From a virus, in IMG/VR virus record IMGVR_UViG_3300020215_000011: DNA of 50,858 nt; one strand, given 5' to 3'. Position 1 is the first letter of the stretch. The number at the start of each line of letters is the position of its first letter. Below are positions 22,701 to 31,901 of the stretch, piece by piece. The notes beneath the pieces are model-generated. The model ran no database searches. It saw nothing but the letters and a program-made list of their open reading frames with translations, and was not told the origin of the DNA. The position numbers and the translations under genes were made by a program.

Positions 22701-23318
22701 TTACGGCCTCGTCGCGGAATTGGTCCAGGTCGTGGTGCTGCCGTCGAGCGTCGCCGCGAGGTAGCGCATGGAGCCGCCGAGGTTGTAGGCGATGACGAAC
22801 TTCGTGGCCTGACCGTCGTGGGTCTGCTGGGTGTACATCGCGACCCCGGCCCCGGCGTTCAGATGCGCGGTGGTCGGCGTCCCGCCGGCCCCGGAGACGC
22901 CTTCGATGAACAGGTAGGACGACGCCGGCATCGACGGGTGCGAGCTCGTGCCGACGAGAAACGCGCCCGCAACGTTGGAGTTCGACCCGCACGCCATGAC
23001 GCCGCTGCCGCGGTCCACGAGCATCGCGTTGGGGGTCGCGCCGAGACCCCACTGCACGAACCAGCCGCTCTTGATCTCAACGCCGCGCGACGAGGAGAGT
23101 CGCACATACTCGGTGTCGTCGGAGAGATCGACCACACCTACGGCGTTGCCGGCGCCGGTATCGTAGAGCCCCATCCCCGTGCCGACGTGCAGCGAGGGAT
23201 TCGCCGCCGTCCCCGCCGGGAGGATCATCGCCCCGCTCGAGAGCGTGACGTTGCCGCCGCCCTCGGTCAGGAGCGTGAACTGCGAGCCGCCGCCTGAGAA
23301 CCATTTGACGTCAGGCAT
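22701..23318 (-). CDS. Virion-module protein (205 aa)
   Basis: ORF track; TAATG coupling. Confidence 0.6.
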   Translation of the reverse strand: MPDVKWFSGGGSQFTLLTEGGGNVTLSSGAMILPAGTAANPSLHVGTGMGLYDTGAGNAVGVVDLSDDTEYVRLSSSRGVEIKSGWFVQWGLGATPNAMLVDRGSGVMACGSNSNVAGAFLVGTSSHPSMPASSYLFIEGVSGAGGTPTTAHLNAGAGVAMYTQQTHDGQATKFVIAYNLGGSMRYLAATLDGSTTTWTNSATRP

Positions 23319-23794
23319 TACGCCTCCGAGATCAGGCCGGCGCGGAGGTGGATGTACCCGAACTGGATGCCGGTGCCGGCCGGGGAGGTCGTCCCGAGCG
23401 CCGCCTTCGTCTGCGAGCTCTCGTTGACGAGGCCGAGGTGCAGGCTGCCGGTCCCCTCCTCGTCAATCACCGGGATCTTCATGCCCGTCACGGCATAGAT
23501 CCACTGCGTGCCCTGGGCGAGGGCGTCCGTCGTGTCGAACTTCCAGTAGTCGATGACGCTCGACTTGTACGGCGTCGCCGCCAGCTGGTCCGGCGAGCCG
23601 GAGCGCGACTTCACCATGATCGTGAAGGCGTGGTTCGTTGCCGTCGTCAGCGTCAGGGACGTGAGGTACGTCTTGTTCGGGCCGGTCTGGTGGATGGCGA
23701 TCGTCTCGTACTCGGAGGCGTACTGGACGAGCGCGTCCGTGAACTGCGTTAGCCGGTTCGACTCGACGTAGAAGAAGTTCTCTTTGACGATCAA
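23318..23794 (-). CDS. Virion-module protein (158 aa)
   Basis: ORF track; TTG start with AGGAGG upstream. Confidence 0.6.
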   Translation of the reverse strand: MIVKENFFYVESNRLTQFTDALVQYASEYETIAIHQTGPNKTYLTSLTLTTATNHAFTIMVKSRSGSPDQLAATPYKSSVIDYWKFDTTDALAQGTQWIYAVTGMKIPVIDEEGTGSLHLGLVNESSQTKAALGTTSPAGTGIQFGYIHLRAGLISEA

Positions 23795-23803
23795 TGGAGC
23801 CTC

Positions 23804-24007
23804 CTACCCCGAGCCAGTCGGGTCCGGGTGGTCCAGTTCAGCGAGCCGGCCCTGGATGCGGAACATCTCGGCTTCGCAGTTCTTGACGCCCTGCTCGTGC
23901 TGGAGTTTCTGGTTCAGCAGACGGCAGAACTCCGTTTCGAGTACCCGTCTGCGGTCGGCCTTCTTCGCCGCCACGAGGTCCAGCACGCCCATGTGCGTCT
24001 CAGCCAC
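23804..24007 (-). CDS. Small coiled-coil protein (67 aa)
   Basis: ORF track. Confidence 0.5.
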   Translation of the reverse strand: MAETHMGVLDLVAAKKADRRRVLETEFCRLLNQKLQHEQGVKNCEAEMFRIQGRLAELDHPDPTGSG

Positions 24008-24722
24008 CCGCCGCCCGCTTCTCGGCCTGCTTCTGCCGAGCGACGGCGAGACGGTCGCGAAGCGCCTGCTTCCGCTCCTCGCTCATCGGCGCCCGCGGCT
24101 TCTTCTCCTTCTGCTCCCGGGCCTGCACCTGGGCGAGCGGCGAGTTCACCGTCCCCTGCGCCGGCATCTCGGCCGGCCAGTTCGCCTTCGCCTGCGGGGT
24201 CATGGCGAACACACCCGGGATCTGGGCGTCAGCCATGAACGTCGAGGCGCCGGACTGCGGACCGATCTCGGGCCGGAAGCGTTCCAGGTTCGTGTGGTCC
24301 GGGTCCTTCGACTCGGGGTCGATGGCCCACATCGCGCGCTTCCACTCGCGGATCGCGCGCTTCGTCTCCGGCCCCTGCTCCTGGCGCAGGAAGGCCCCGA
24401 CCGCGCCTGAGGGATTCCGCCGCATGACCTCGCGCGGCAGCATCGCCGGCTTGATCTGGCGCTCGAGCACTTCGTCGGCGAGGCGCTTGATCTCGTTCAC
24501 GCGATCGCTGCGCCGGGGCGCCTGCTCGGCCAGCATCTTGTCGAGGTTCCGGTGCCGCTTCGTCGCCTGCCCGCGGTCACCTTCGATCCACGACGGCGCG
24601 TGGATGATCTCGTCCAGGCGCTTCTTCTCCTCGGCGTAGGACTCCACCTGGTGCGGACGCAGCGGGTTCGACGGCTGGCGTTCGGTGTCAAGCAGAGTCT
24701 GGAGCTGGTCAACCGCGCTCAT
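24000..24722 (-). CDS. Hypothetical virion-module protein (240 aa)
   Basis: Internal ATG with GAGGAA upstream. Confidence 0.6.
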   Translation of the reverse strand: MSAVDQLQTLLDTERQPSNPLRPHQVESYAEEKKRLDEIIHAPSWIEGDRGQATKRHRNLDKMLAEQAPRRSDRVNEIKRLADEVLERQIKPAMLPREVMRRNPSGAVGAFLRQEQGPETKRAIREWKRAMWAIDPESKDPDHTNLERFRPEIGPQSGASTFMADAQIPGVFAMTPQAKANWPAEMPAQGTVNSPLAQVQAREQKEKKPRAPMSEERKQALRDRLAVARQKQAEKRAAGG

Positions 24723-24933
24723 GGATTCCTCGATCGGGCAGCGCCGGAGGGCGGCCCGTGCGCAGCGCGGGCACATGCCGCGCCGCGGTAATGAGAACGT
24801 TGCGGAAGGCTTCATCGGGGACGTCCCCCGCGAGGCCGGTGAACTGCCAGCCGACCGTCTGGTTGTCGTAGGCCGTCAGCGTGATCTCGAAGACGGGATG
24901 CGGTCCCAGCAGCGGCGAGGGGCCACCGTTCAT
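24709..24933 (-). CDS. Hypothetical protein (74 aa)
   Basis: ATGA overlap with the oxygenase stop. Confidence 0.5.
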   Translation of the reverse strand: MNGGPSPLLGPHPVFEITLTAYDNQTVGWQFTGLAGDVPDEAFRNVLITAARHVPALRTGRPPALPDRGIHERG

Positions 24934-25694
24934 CGCACGAGCCTCCCCACCCACTTCCGGAACCGGGCGACGTACTCCCACGGCCGGGGCCGGTAGTCCG
25001 TCGTCGGCACGAAGGGGTCGTCCTCGCGTCGCGGCCGGTAGTAGTAGAGGGCGAGCGACGCGCGGCTCGGCCCGCGGAACGGATCGGGGTGGCCGTGGAA
25101 GCTGGTCGCGTGCGTCTCGAACAGGACCGCGCGATTGAACGTCGGCGCGATCGACCGGACGCACTGCCGAACCTTCGCGTCCCACAGTTCCAGATCACCG
25201 CCCCACGCGACGTCCCAGTCCTCGGTGAGGTAGATCAGGAGATTCAGGGCCCGCTGCTGGCCCGTCTTCGGATGCCGGGAGAAGTCGGCGTGGACGTCGA
25301 GGAACCCGCCGGGCGGCGAGCAGTGCAGCCCACCGCCGAACAGCGCGTCGTCGCCCGCGACGTCACGCTGGCCGGTGACCCGCTCAAGCCAGCGGAGGAA
25401 CGACGGGGCGTGGAGCGCGTCGATGACGTCCCGCGCGACCGGCCCCACGCGTGTCAGCGTCAACTTGTGCGAATGCCGGTGAATGCGCCGCGTCCAGCGT
25501 GGGGACGACGGAGACGGGATCTCGCGGGCGAGGGCGCGGGCCACCGCCGGAGCGAGGAACCCGTCCATGACGACGTGGCCGTACGGGCGGGCGGCGGCGA
25601 ACGTGCGGCGGAGTGCGGCCCACCGGAGATCGGAACGGAAGGCAGAGAACGGCGCGGCCACCACGGACTCGATGACCGCGCCGTTCGCCGTCAT
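24930..25694 (-). CDS. 2OG-Fe(II) oxygenase, prolyl-hydroxylase/Tpa1-like (254 aa)
   Basis: HxD (FLDVHADF), distal His (SFHGHPDP), RxS (RASLALYYY), ..GGDLELWD.. Confidence 0.65.
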   Translation of the reverse strand: MTANGAVIESVVAAPFSAFRSDLRWAALRRTFAAARPYGHVVMDGFLAPAVARALAREIPSPSSPRWTRRIHRHSHKLTLTRVGPVARDVIDALHAPSFLRWLERVTGQRDVAGDDALFGGGLHCSPPGGFLDVHADFSRHPKTGQQRALNLLIYLTEDWDVAWGGDLELWDAKVRQCVRSIAPTFNRAVLFETHATSFHGHPDPFRGPSRASLALYYYRPRREDDPFVPTTDYRPRPWEYVARFRKWVGRLVR

Positions 25695-25696
25695 GG

Positions 25697-26686
25697 TTAG
25701 TTGATCGCCGTCAGCGCCGTGCCGGAGCCTTCCTGGTAGCACTCCGTCAGCTGCGCTTCGTTGGCGCCGAAGTTGTCCACGACGAGGCCCGAAGTGATGA
25801 CGCCCGTCCGCGGGAACAGACACCGGACGATGTGAACGCCATCCGCGACCGAGGCGGTCGTGCCGTCGATGCAGGAACCCATCGTGCCGGAGGTGATCCA
25901 CACCGAGTTCTCGATCACGCAGCCGTCCGCGGCGGTCGCCACGGCGAAGGGCGTGGCCCACGCACCCGACGTGTTGTGGAACAGGCAGTTCTCGACGTGG
26001 ACCATTGCCGTCGCGATGTCCACCGCCCGCCCCTGCGCGCCCTCGGCCACGAACGTGCAGTCCTTGATGTAAGCCGTGGCGAGCGTGGTCGTGTTGGAGT
26101 GCTTCGCGATGGAGGCCCCGCCCGCGGTCGAGGAGTCGGCCCGGTAGCCGAAGTCGATCCCGTAGGTGCCGACCGAGGGGTCCGGCGTCTGGAGATCGAA
26201 GTAGCAGCGGTAGAAGATCGTGCTGTTCGGGCTGGCGTTGCGGAACTGCACGGCCGAGAACCCCGAGGTCGGTGTGATCGTCAGCCACGAGACGAGGATG
26301 TTGTTCGCCTCGATGGAGAGCGTCGCCGTGCTCGTCCCCGTGCTCGCGAGGACCGACTTCGGCTTGAACGCGCGCACGGCGAAGTCGGCGTACGGGTTGT
26401 GGACACCGACGACCGTGAGCCCGGCCTTCGTGAGCCGCTGCACCGCGGTGACGGTGTGCGTGCCCTCGAGCATCACGGCGACGTCGCCGGCATTCGCGGA
26501 GGCCAGCGCGTTGAAGCGGTTCAGGTCCCGGATCGCCCGCTCGGGCGAGAGACCGTCGTTGTCGTTGCTGGCCGAGTACGTGCGCCCCTCGATCGTGTAG
26601 CTGTCCGAGGGGGCGATGTAGAACACGCGCCCCGTCTGCACGACCGGCAGGCCGTACAGCGAGCCGTATTTCGTGAGGTAGCTCAT
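25697..26686 (-). CDS. Right-handed beta-helix (pectate-lyase-fold-like) protein (329 aa)
   Basis: Periodic ..I.NC.F / V.NS.W.. turns, Gly/Thr/Ser/Ala-rich rungs; immediately downstream of the capsid gene. Confidence 0.5.
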   Translation of the reverse strand: MSYLTKYGSLYGLPVVQTGRVFYIAPSDSYTIEGRTYSASNDNDGLSPERAIRDLNRFNALASANAGDVAVMLEGTHTVTAVQRLTKAGLTVVGVHNPYADFAVRAFKPKSVLASTGTSTATLSIEANNILVSWLTITPTSGFSAVQFRNASPNSTIFYRCYFDLQTPDPSVGTYGIDFGYRADSSTAGGASIAKHSNTTTLATAYIKDCTFVAEGAQGRAVDIATAMVHVENCLFHNTSGAWATPFAVATAADGCVIENSVWITSGTMGSCIDGTTASVADGVHIVRCLFPRTGVITSGLVVDNFGANEAQLTECYQEGSGTALTAIN

Positions 26687-26816
26687 GCGAGCCTCGTGCG
26701 GCGGGCTGGCACCTCTGCCCGGATGATTCCCGCCGCGAAGGAGAAATCAGCCGGCCGGGCGCAGTGGGGCGAGCACCGCGTTTCCAGGAGGGTCTGGACC
26801 CGGCCGGCCGACGGGA

Positions 26817-26879
26817 TCACTTGCCGCGCTTCTGCTTGACGTTCTTCGACTTGGCCCAGGTGAACGGGGGCTTCTTCAT
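26817..26879 (-). CDS. Possible 20-aa Lys-rich peptide after the capsid gene
   Basis: MKKPPFTWAKSKNVKQKRGK; ATG overlaps the capsid stop (TGATG); GC3 20/20. Confidence 0.3.
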   Translation of the reverse strand: MKKPPFTWAKSKNVKQKRGK

Positions 26880-27808
26880 CACGACACCTGGTTGCCGAAG
26901 ATCCAGCGCCAGTCCGACCACCCGAGCGAGATGCGGCAGTACTTCCGCCACTTCGCCACGAGCGTGTCGAAGTCCTCCACCATCGCGAGCGGCTGATCCT
27001 CCCGCGTGATCCAGTGGAGGAACTGCTTCATGTAGGTCGTGTCGATCATGAACCAGTCGTTCGCATCGGTCAGGCGGATCCACCCGCCCGGCATCAGCGA
27101 CGTCATCACGCCGTGCAGCGCGTTGATGTTGTTGTTCGGCGTGTCCAGCTTGCCGGTCGTGCGGATGATCTCCTCCGCCGGCTCCCAGAGGTCGATGGGG
27201 TACAGCAGCGCGGTGCAGTCCACCTCGAAGGGGTGCCCGCGGTCGTCCTTGAACTTCCGCGCGAGCACCCGCGCCGCCGACACGCTGACGGCCGAGAGGG
27301 ACGCCGTGCCGAGGTTGTCGAAGCCGGACGCGGTGGAGACGCCCGGCGCCCGCGTGGTGTGCGAGTTCGAGCAGAGCGGCTGGCCGTCACCGCCCGTCTG
27401 CCACGTGTTGTCGTTGTGGAAGGCGTTGACGAACGTCTGGGCCGCCCACTTCTGGCGGGTCCGGGCGTACGCCATGCCGAGGCCGCGCGGCTTGCCGTCG
27501 ATGATGCTGTAGAGCTCGTCCTGGGCGAGCGTGTGCTCGACCGAGAAGCCCTTCGCGTACTGCACGTGCGTGAGGGTCGTGTCGTACCCCTCGTACACGT
27601 CGTCGTACTTCACGGACCCGGTGAAGGTCTCAAAGTCGCCGAACGTGCCGACCTGCGAGAACCGGGTCTGGTCCTTCATCGGCCCGAGGTCGCCGTCCGT
27701 GTTGTAGAACGTCGGCACGGCGTCCGGGATCTGCTTGTAGGCGTCGTTGAAGATCCGCTTGATCCGCGGATCGAGGAGGTCGGGGAACTGACCGGGGATC
27801 AGAGTCAT
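26879..27808 (-). CDS. Major capsid protein (309 aa)
   Basis: Size, position after the scaffold gene, composition typical of HK97-fold coat proteins. Confidence 0.7.
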   Translation of the reverse strand: MTLIPGQFPDLLDPRIKRIFNDAYKQIPDAVPTFYNTDGDLGPMKDQTRFSQVGTFGDFETFTGSVKYDDVYEGYDTTLTHVQYAKGFSVEHTLAQDELYSIIDGKPRGLGMAYARTRQKWAAQTFVNAFHNDNTWQTGGDGQPLCSNSHTTRAPGVSTASGFDNLGTASLSAVSVSAARVLARKFKDDRGHPFEVDCTALLYPIDLWEPAEEIIRTTGKLDTPNNNINALHGVMTSLMPGGWIRLTDANDWFMIDTTYMKQFLHWITREDQPLAMVEDFDTLVAKWRKYCRISLGWSDWRWIFGNQVS

Positions 27809-27817
27809 GGCGTCTCC

Positions 27818-28531
27818 TTACGTGCCCTGCGTCAGCACGTGGCTGACGAGCGCCGCATAGACGTAGGAATTCCGCCGGGCGTTCGCCTGGCTGGTGGTGT
27901 CGAATTCGAGGGCGAGGGGACGGAAGTCCGCGCCCGTGCCGACCGCGACGTCCTGCTCGGCGTTCGCGAGGTCCGCCGAGAGGTTGATGTTGTCGCCGGC
28001 CGTGTCGTTCGGGGTCCACGGCACGAGAATGAAGACGTCCCCCGCCGCGATGTCCCGCGGGAACGGCACCGTGACCGTCGCCGACGTGGCGCCGACCGCG
28101 GTGATCTTGCGGGTGTGCCCGTAGTTCGCGCCGCCGACGCAGACGATCGTGCCCTCATCCATCGTCGGGGAGTTCGGGGCCGGGTCGCCCGTGGTGATCG
28201 TCACGACGGTGCCCGCCGTCTCGGCGACGGAGTTGGTCGTGAGCGTGAGCTGGGCGTTGTCCTCGTCGCCCACCATCAGCATCCGGTAGACGGCGTAGGG
28301 GTTGGTGATGACCGTGACGACGCCCTCGGCGTCACCCTGCGTCGTGGAGTACGTGCCCGTATCGACGGTCACGCCGACCTGCTCGGTGGCGGTGGTGCGC
28401 AGGCCGACGACGATGCCCGCCCCGTTGGAGGCGCCCACCGTCGCGTAGATGCCGGGGGTGGCGAAGGTCGCCGAGATCTTCATCTTGCGGAGCACCTGCT
28501 GCCCGCCGATTTCGTCCCATGCGTAGTTCAT
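27818..28531 (-). CDS. Head-module protein (237 aa), possible decoration/second capsid protein
   Basis: ORF track; position between the scaffold and capsid genes. Confidence 0.55.
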   Translation of the reverse strand: MNYAWDEIGGQQVLRKMKISATFATPGIYATVGASNGAGIVVGLRTTATEQVGVTVDTGTYSTTQGDAEGVVTVITNPYAVYRMLMVGDEDNAQLTLTTNSVAETAGTVVTITTGDPAPNSPTMDEGTIVCVGGANYGHTRKITAVGATSATVTVPFPRDIAAGDVFILVPWTPNDTAGDNINLSADLANAEQDVAVGTGADFRPLALEFDTTSQANARRNSYVYAALVSHVLTQGT

Positions 28532-28574
28532 CGCGGATCTTTCTGCCGTGGACTCTCAGGCCCCATCGGCTGGC

Positions 28575-28919
28575 CTAACGGATTCGCGCCCAGCGACCTT
28601 TGCCGGGAATCCGGCGCTCGTCGCCGACCGCATCGTGAAAAGCGGAGTGAATGAACGCCGCGGCGTGGAGGCTGTGCTTGCCGCAGTCGTCGCAGAAGGC
28701 GTTCATCGTGGTTCGTCGGTAGAGCTCGTAGCCGACCTTCCGCGGGTTGAACTTCGACACGCAGAAGTCGCAGAGGATGACGCACTGCCGGAGGCCGATC
28801 TTGTCCGCGATCCATCCCCCGGCGGTGCGCCCGCTTGGACGGCCGTGCCCGCGAATGACGGCGGCGGCGGCGCGGCGCTGCGCGGTGTCGGGTTTGGGAA
28901 CGTGGAGGGTGACCGTCAT
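28575..28919 (-). CDS. Cys-containing head-module protein (114 aa)
   Basis: ORF track; ATGA overlap with the scaffold stop. Confidence 0.55.
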   Translation of the reverse strand: MTVTLHVPKPDTAQRRAAAAVIRGHGRPSGRTAGGWIADKIGLRQCVILCDFCVSKFNPRKVGYELYRRTTMNAFCDDCGKHSLHAAAFIHSAFHDAVGDERRIPGKGRWARIR

Positions 28920-29680
28920 CCGTGACGGCGCTTCCAGCGGTCGAGGTTCACGTAGGGCAGTTCTGCCTTCCGCTGCTCGACCGAATAGCCCAGCCGGTCC
29001 CAGTGGTCCTTGAGGGGCTGGGGAACGTCCTTGAACGGATCGGCCTTCGGGGGCACGCGACCGCCGCCCCCTCGGGTCTCGACCGTGGTATCGGCGTGTT
29101 CCCGGGCGTACTCCCGGGTTTTCGTCGCATCGGCCAGACGATCGAGCGTGCCGAACGCCTGGCGCAGGGCCTGACGCTGCACGCGGGGATCACGAACGTC
29201 CCAGCCCATCTCCTCGGCGATCTCCGAGGCGATGCGGGACGCTTTCAGGAACTCCTTGGAGGACGGGTCCGCCAGGGCCGGGATGCGGTCGAGGTACTGA
29301 TTCACTTCCGTGGTGGCCGAGGCGCGCTTCTGTCGCAGATCGAGGTCGTTGACCGTCTGGAGACGCGCCTGCTCCGCCCGCTGCCACGCCAGCTGATCCG
29401 CCATCTGCGCGGGGCTGATGCGTCCCGCATCGACAGCCTGCTGGAGCTGTTCAGCGGTGTAGAACTGCGGCTTGGGGGCCGGCGGCTCCTTCGGGGCTTC
29501 CTGCTGGCGGGCGAGTTGGGCGCGAAGCGCGGCAGCTTCCGCCTTGAGCTCGTTCTTCTCGCGCACGACGTCCTCGAAGCGGACCCCTCCGGGCTCGAGC
29601 GGATGTTTCCGCTCCTCCGGGGTGGGGACCTCGGGAACCTCGGGCGTTTCGACTTCCGGAGTTTCGATCTCGCCTGCCAT
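28916..29680 (-). CDS. Scaffolding-like protein (254 aa)
   Basis: Acidic PEV repeats then long charged helical sequence; upstream of the capsid gene. Confidence 0.55.
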   Translation of the reverse strand: MAGEIETPEVETPEVPEVPTPEERKHPLEPGGVRFEDVVREKNELKAEAAALRAQLARQQEAPKEPPAPKPQFYTAEQLQQAVDAGRISPAQMADQLAWQRAEQARLQTVNDLDLRQKRASATTEVNQYLDRIPALADPSSKEFLKASRIASEIAEEMGWDVRDPRVQRQALRQAFGTLDRLADATKTREYAREHADTTVETRGGGGRVPPKADPFKDVPQPLKDHWDRLGYSVEQRKAELPYVNLDRWKRRHG

Positions 29681-29792
29681 GTGGTGTCCTTTTCCTTCTC
29701 GCTCCGCCCGTTAGCGTCGGCGTCACGCGCGTTCCGCGCCTTTTCGCGTTGTCAGGCTGCGTCGGCCAGCCACTGCGACCGTGCGAGCGGAC

Positions 29793-29831
29793 AAAGAAAA
29801 AGCCCCCGGGGCGCTTAGCGTCCCGGGGGCT
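29793..29831 (-). terminator. Rho-independent terminator (minus strand)
   Basis: Minus strand: AGCCCCCGGGACG-CUAA-GCGCCCCGGGGGCU followed by UUUUUCUUUG. Confidence 0.75.
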
Positions 29832-29897
29832 CTCCGTGTCGAGGTCGCCCGCTTCTATGTGACTTCGGTGTTACATGGTCAGAATCCTAGCACACTG

Positions 29898-30080
29898 TCA
29901 TTTCCGCACATAGGCGCTTGCGTAGACGTGCGGGGTGTCCCCCGCGATCACGCGCCCGTGCTCCTTGAAGTCGTAGGACTCAATCCGGCCTTCGTTGACG
30001 TGCAGCACGATGTCCCCGGTGTGCTTGGCGGCCAGCCACGCCCGGATCTTGACGTCGAGCTCCGCGGCGGTAACCTTCAC
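29898..30080 (-). CDS. Hypothetical protein (60 aa)
   Basis: GC3 rises to about 90% only from GTG 30080 (GGAG 8 nt upstream); the longer ORF to 30158 has low GC3. Confidence 0.5.
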   Translation of the reverse strand: MKVTAAELDVKIRAWLAAKHTGDIVLHVNEGRIESYDFKEHGRVIAGDTPHVYASAYVRK

Positions 30081-30216
30081 TCCGCCGGCTCCGTGACCAG
30101 CGCTCGCCACCAGCACACAAGACACTGACCCGGGCCGAACTCCTCTTCCAGCGAGCATGACTCACCATGCGGATGGTAAAGTTCCCCGAACACGTCGCGG
30201 CCCGCCTCGTCGATCG

Positions 30217-30558
30217 TCACTCCTGGCCCGCCTTGACGACCTCCGGGAGCGTGGTGAGCGCCGCGTCCAGCCCCGCCAGCCAGCCGGCGCAGTTGGCGAT
30301 GTCCTCCCGGAGGAAGCGCATCTCGTCCGCGGTGACGCCCCGCCCGCGCGTCAGCCGGTGCTCGAGCCCCTTGAGCCGGCCCTGCTCACGTTCGCGGAGT
30401 TTGGTCAGCGCGTCCTGGAGGATGGCGAAGCCCGGGTGATTGATCGCCTGCGCGGCGCGCTCGGCCGAAGCCCGCTGCTCGTTCGTGACGGGCGGGCGTG
30501 GGGCTGTGGGCTGCTTCTCGTCGAGGTACTTCTGCCAGTCGTCCAGCGTGATCGTCAT
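30217..30558 (-). CDS. Hypothetical protein (113 aa)
   Basis: ATGA overlap with the ligase stop. Confidence 0.55.
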   Translation of the reverse strand: MTITLDDWQKYLDEKQPTAPRPPVTNEQRASAERAAQAINHPGFAILQDALTKLREREQGRLKGLEHRLTRGRGVTADEMRFLREDIANCAGWLAGLDAALTTLPEVVKAGQE

Positions 30559-31616
30559 GCCACCCTCCGGGCCAGCATCACGGCGACCATGAGGGCCACC
30601 GTGGCCAGCGTGGCCACGCGCGTTGGGAAGTTCGCCAGACACGCCACGCCGAGCGCCAGCGCGGCGCCCGTCAGCGGGTCGGACAGGCCCAGGGCTGGTC
30701 CGTAGCGGTACGCCCACCAGCCGAGGACGAGGACACCGAGCAGTCCGTACTCGTAGAACATCTCGAGGTAGTCGTTGTGCGCCTCGTTGTAGACCTCGCC
30801 CGTCATCACGTTCTCCGACCGGACCCACGTCCGGGCGCGCTGCTGGAAGGCACCGTGGCCGGCGCCCACGAGGATCTGCGACCACGAGGCCACGCATTTT
30901 CGGGCCGTCACTTCCCAGATGCGGCGCCGGGCGAACACCGAGTCGCCGAGGTGACGGAACTTCCACCCGCGAGGATGGTGGCCGATCTTGACCATCCGGT
31001 AGCCCATCGCGCCGAGGATGACCGGCAGGGCGTAGAGCCACGCTTCAGGAATCACCCAGAGGACGCCAGCGGACGCGGCGGCGGTCGCCACGCTGGAGCG
31101 CGAGAGGAACACGCCGACCGCGTAGACGAGCGCGAGCGGGACGCCGTAGTCCGTCAGGAACCCGAGCGGGATCAGGAGGGCGAGGTAGATGCCGAGGCCC
31201 GTCCGGTGGCCGAACGTCCCGTGGATGTTCGTCCCGTCGAGGAACACCGGCAGCTTGAAGTACTGGCAGACGCCGAGGGCGGTCTGGACGACGCCGAACA
31301 CGAGGAGCGCGGTGAGCCAGAGGTCGATCGCCCACTGCGGCGCCGTCGTGCCGAGGAGGACGCCCATTGCGACGAACGGCCAGAGGAGTCCGCCTGAGAT
31401 GCGGGGCCAGCCCTTGATCCACCACCAGACGCAGCCGGCGGCGGCGAGGACGCCGAGGCCCGGATCGACCCAGCCGGCGAACAGCGTGCCCGTCAGCATC
31501 CGGTAGAGGTCGCTCGGGACGTCACGGGTGGAGAACGGGCGACCGGGAAAGAGGGCGGCGAGGCCGAACGCGGCGATCGGCAGGAGGACGAGAACGATGA
31601 GCCAGGCGAGCGTCAT
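30555..31616 (-). CDS. O-antigen ligase/polymerase (Wzy_C-like) polytopic membrane protein (353 aa)
   Basis: About 10 hydrophobic segments and the ..AHNDYLEMFYEYGLLG.. hallmark of Wzy_C/WaaL-type proteins. Confidence 0.7.
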   Translation of the reverse strand: MTLAWLIVLVLLPIAAFGLAALFPGRPFSTRDVPSDLYRMLTGTLFAGWVDPGLGVLAAAGCVWWWIKGWPRISGGLLWPFVAMGVLLGTTAPQWAIDLWLTALLVFGVVQTALGVCQYFKLPVFLDGTNIHGTFGHRTGLGIYLALLIPLGFLTDYGVPLALVYAVGVFLSRSSVATAAASAGVLWVIPEAWLYALPVILGAMGYRMVKIGHHPRGWKFRHLGDSVFARRRIWEVTARKCVASWSQILVGAGHGAFQQRARTWVRSENVMTGEVYNEAHNDYLEMFYEYGLLGVLVLGWWAYRYGPALGLSDPLTGAALALGVACLANFPTRVATLATVALMVAVMLARRVA

Positions 31617-31622
31617 ATACTC

Positions 31623-31901
31623 GTGGGCGTGAAGTGCCGCTTCTGCCAAGACGACGAGGGCCACCCGATCACCGCGGCCTGCTTCAACGCCCAAGCCGAG
31701 TCGGTGCTGGCGACGCTCTCCGTCGTCGCGCTGGCACCGATGAACGCGGTTCCGCTGTCGTGGTCCGTGATGGCAGATTCAGGGGAGTCGGGGCGCTGGA
31801 TCGAGTTCCACGAGGGGCGGATCATCGACGCCCAGCCGCACGATGACGGCGTAATCGTCACGGTCGAGAACGGCAAGCAGTACATCATCCGTCCGACGTA
31901 G
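31623..31901 (+). CDS. Plus-strand small protein (92 aa; CRFC motif)
   Basis: Shares codon third positions with minus ORF 31613..31888. The minus product is S/T/P/W-rich like known shadow ORFs in that frame (e.g. 32354..32719, 33371..33886). The plus product has normal composition and a G-rich first codon position. Confidence 0.5.
   Translation: MGVKCRFCQDDEGHPITAACFNAQAESVLATLSVVALAPMNAVPLSWSVMADSGESGRWIEFHEGRIIDAQPHDDGVIVTVENGKQYIIRPT

Noticed and set aside
26879-26900. T7 10A/10B-style -1 frameshift extension of the capsid protein into the 20-aa Lys-rich frame
   Set aside because: No X_XXY_YYZ slippery heptamer lies near the capsid 3' end. TGATG reinitiation is the simpler explanation.
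31613-31888. Minus-strand 91-aa ORF with ATGA overlaps to both the portal and ligase genes
   Set aside because: Its S/T/P/W-rich composition matches the known third-position-sharing shadow frames. It is kept only as the alternative in the finding on 31623..31901.
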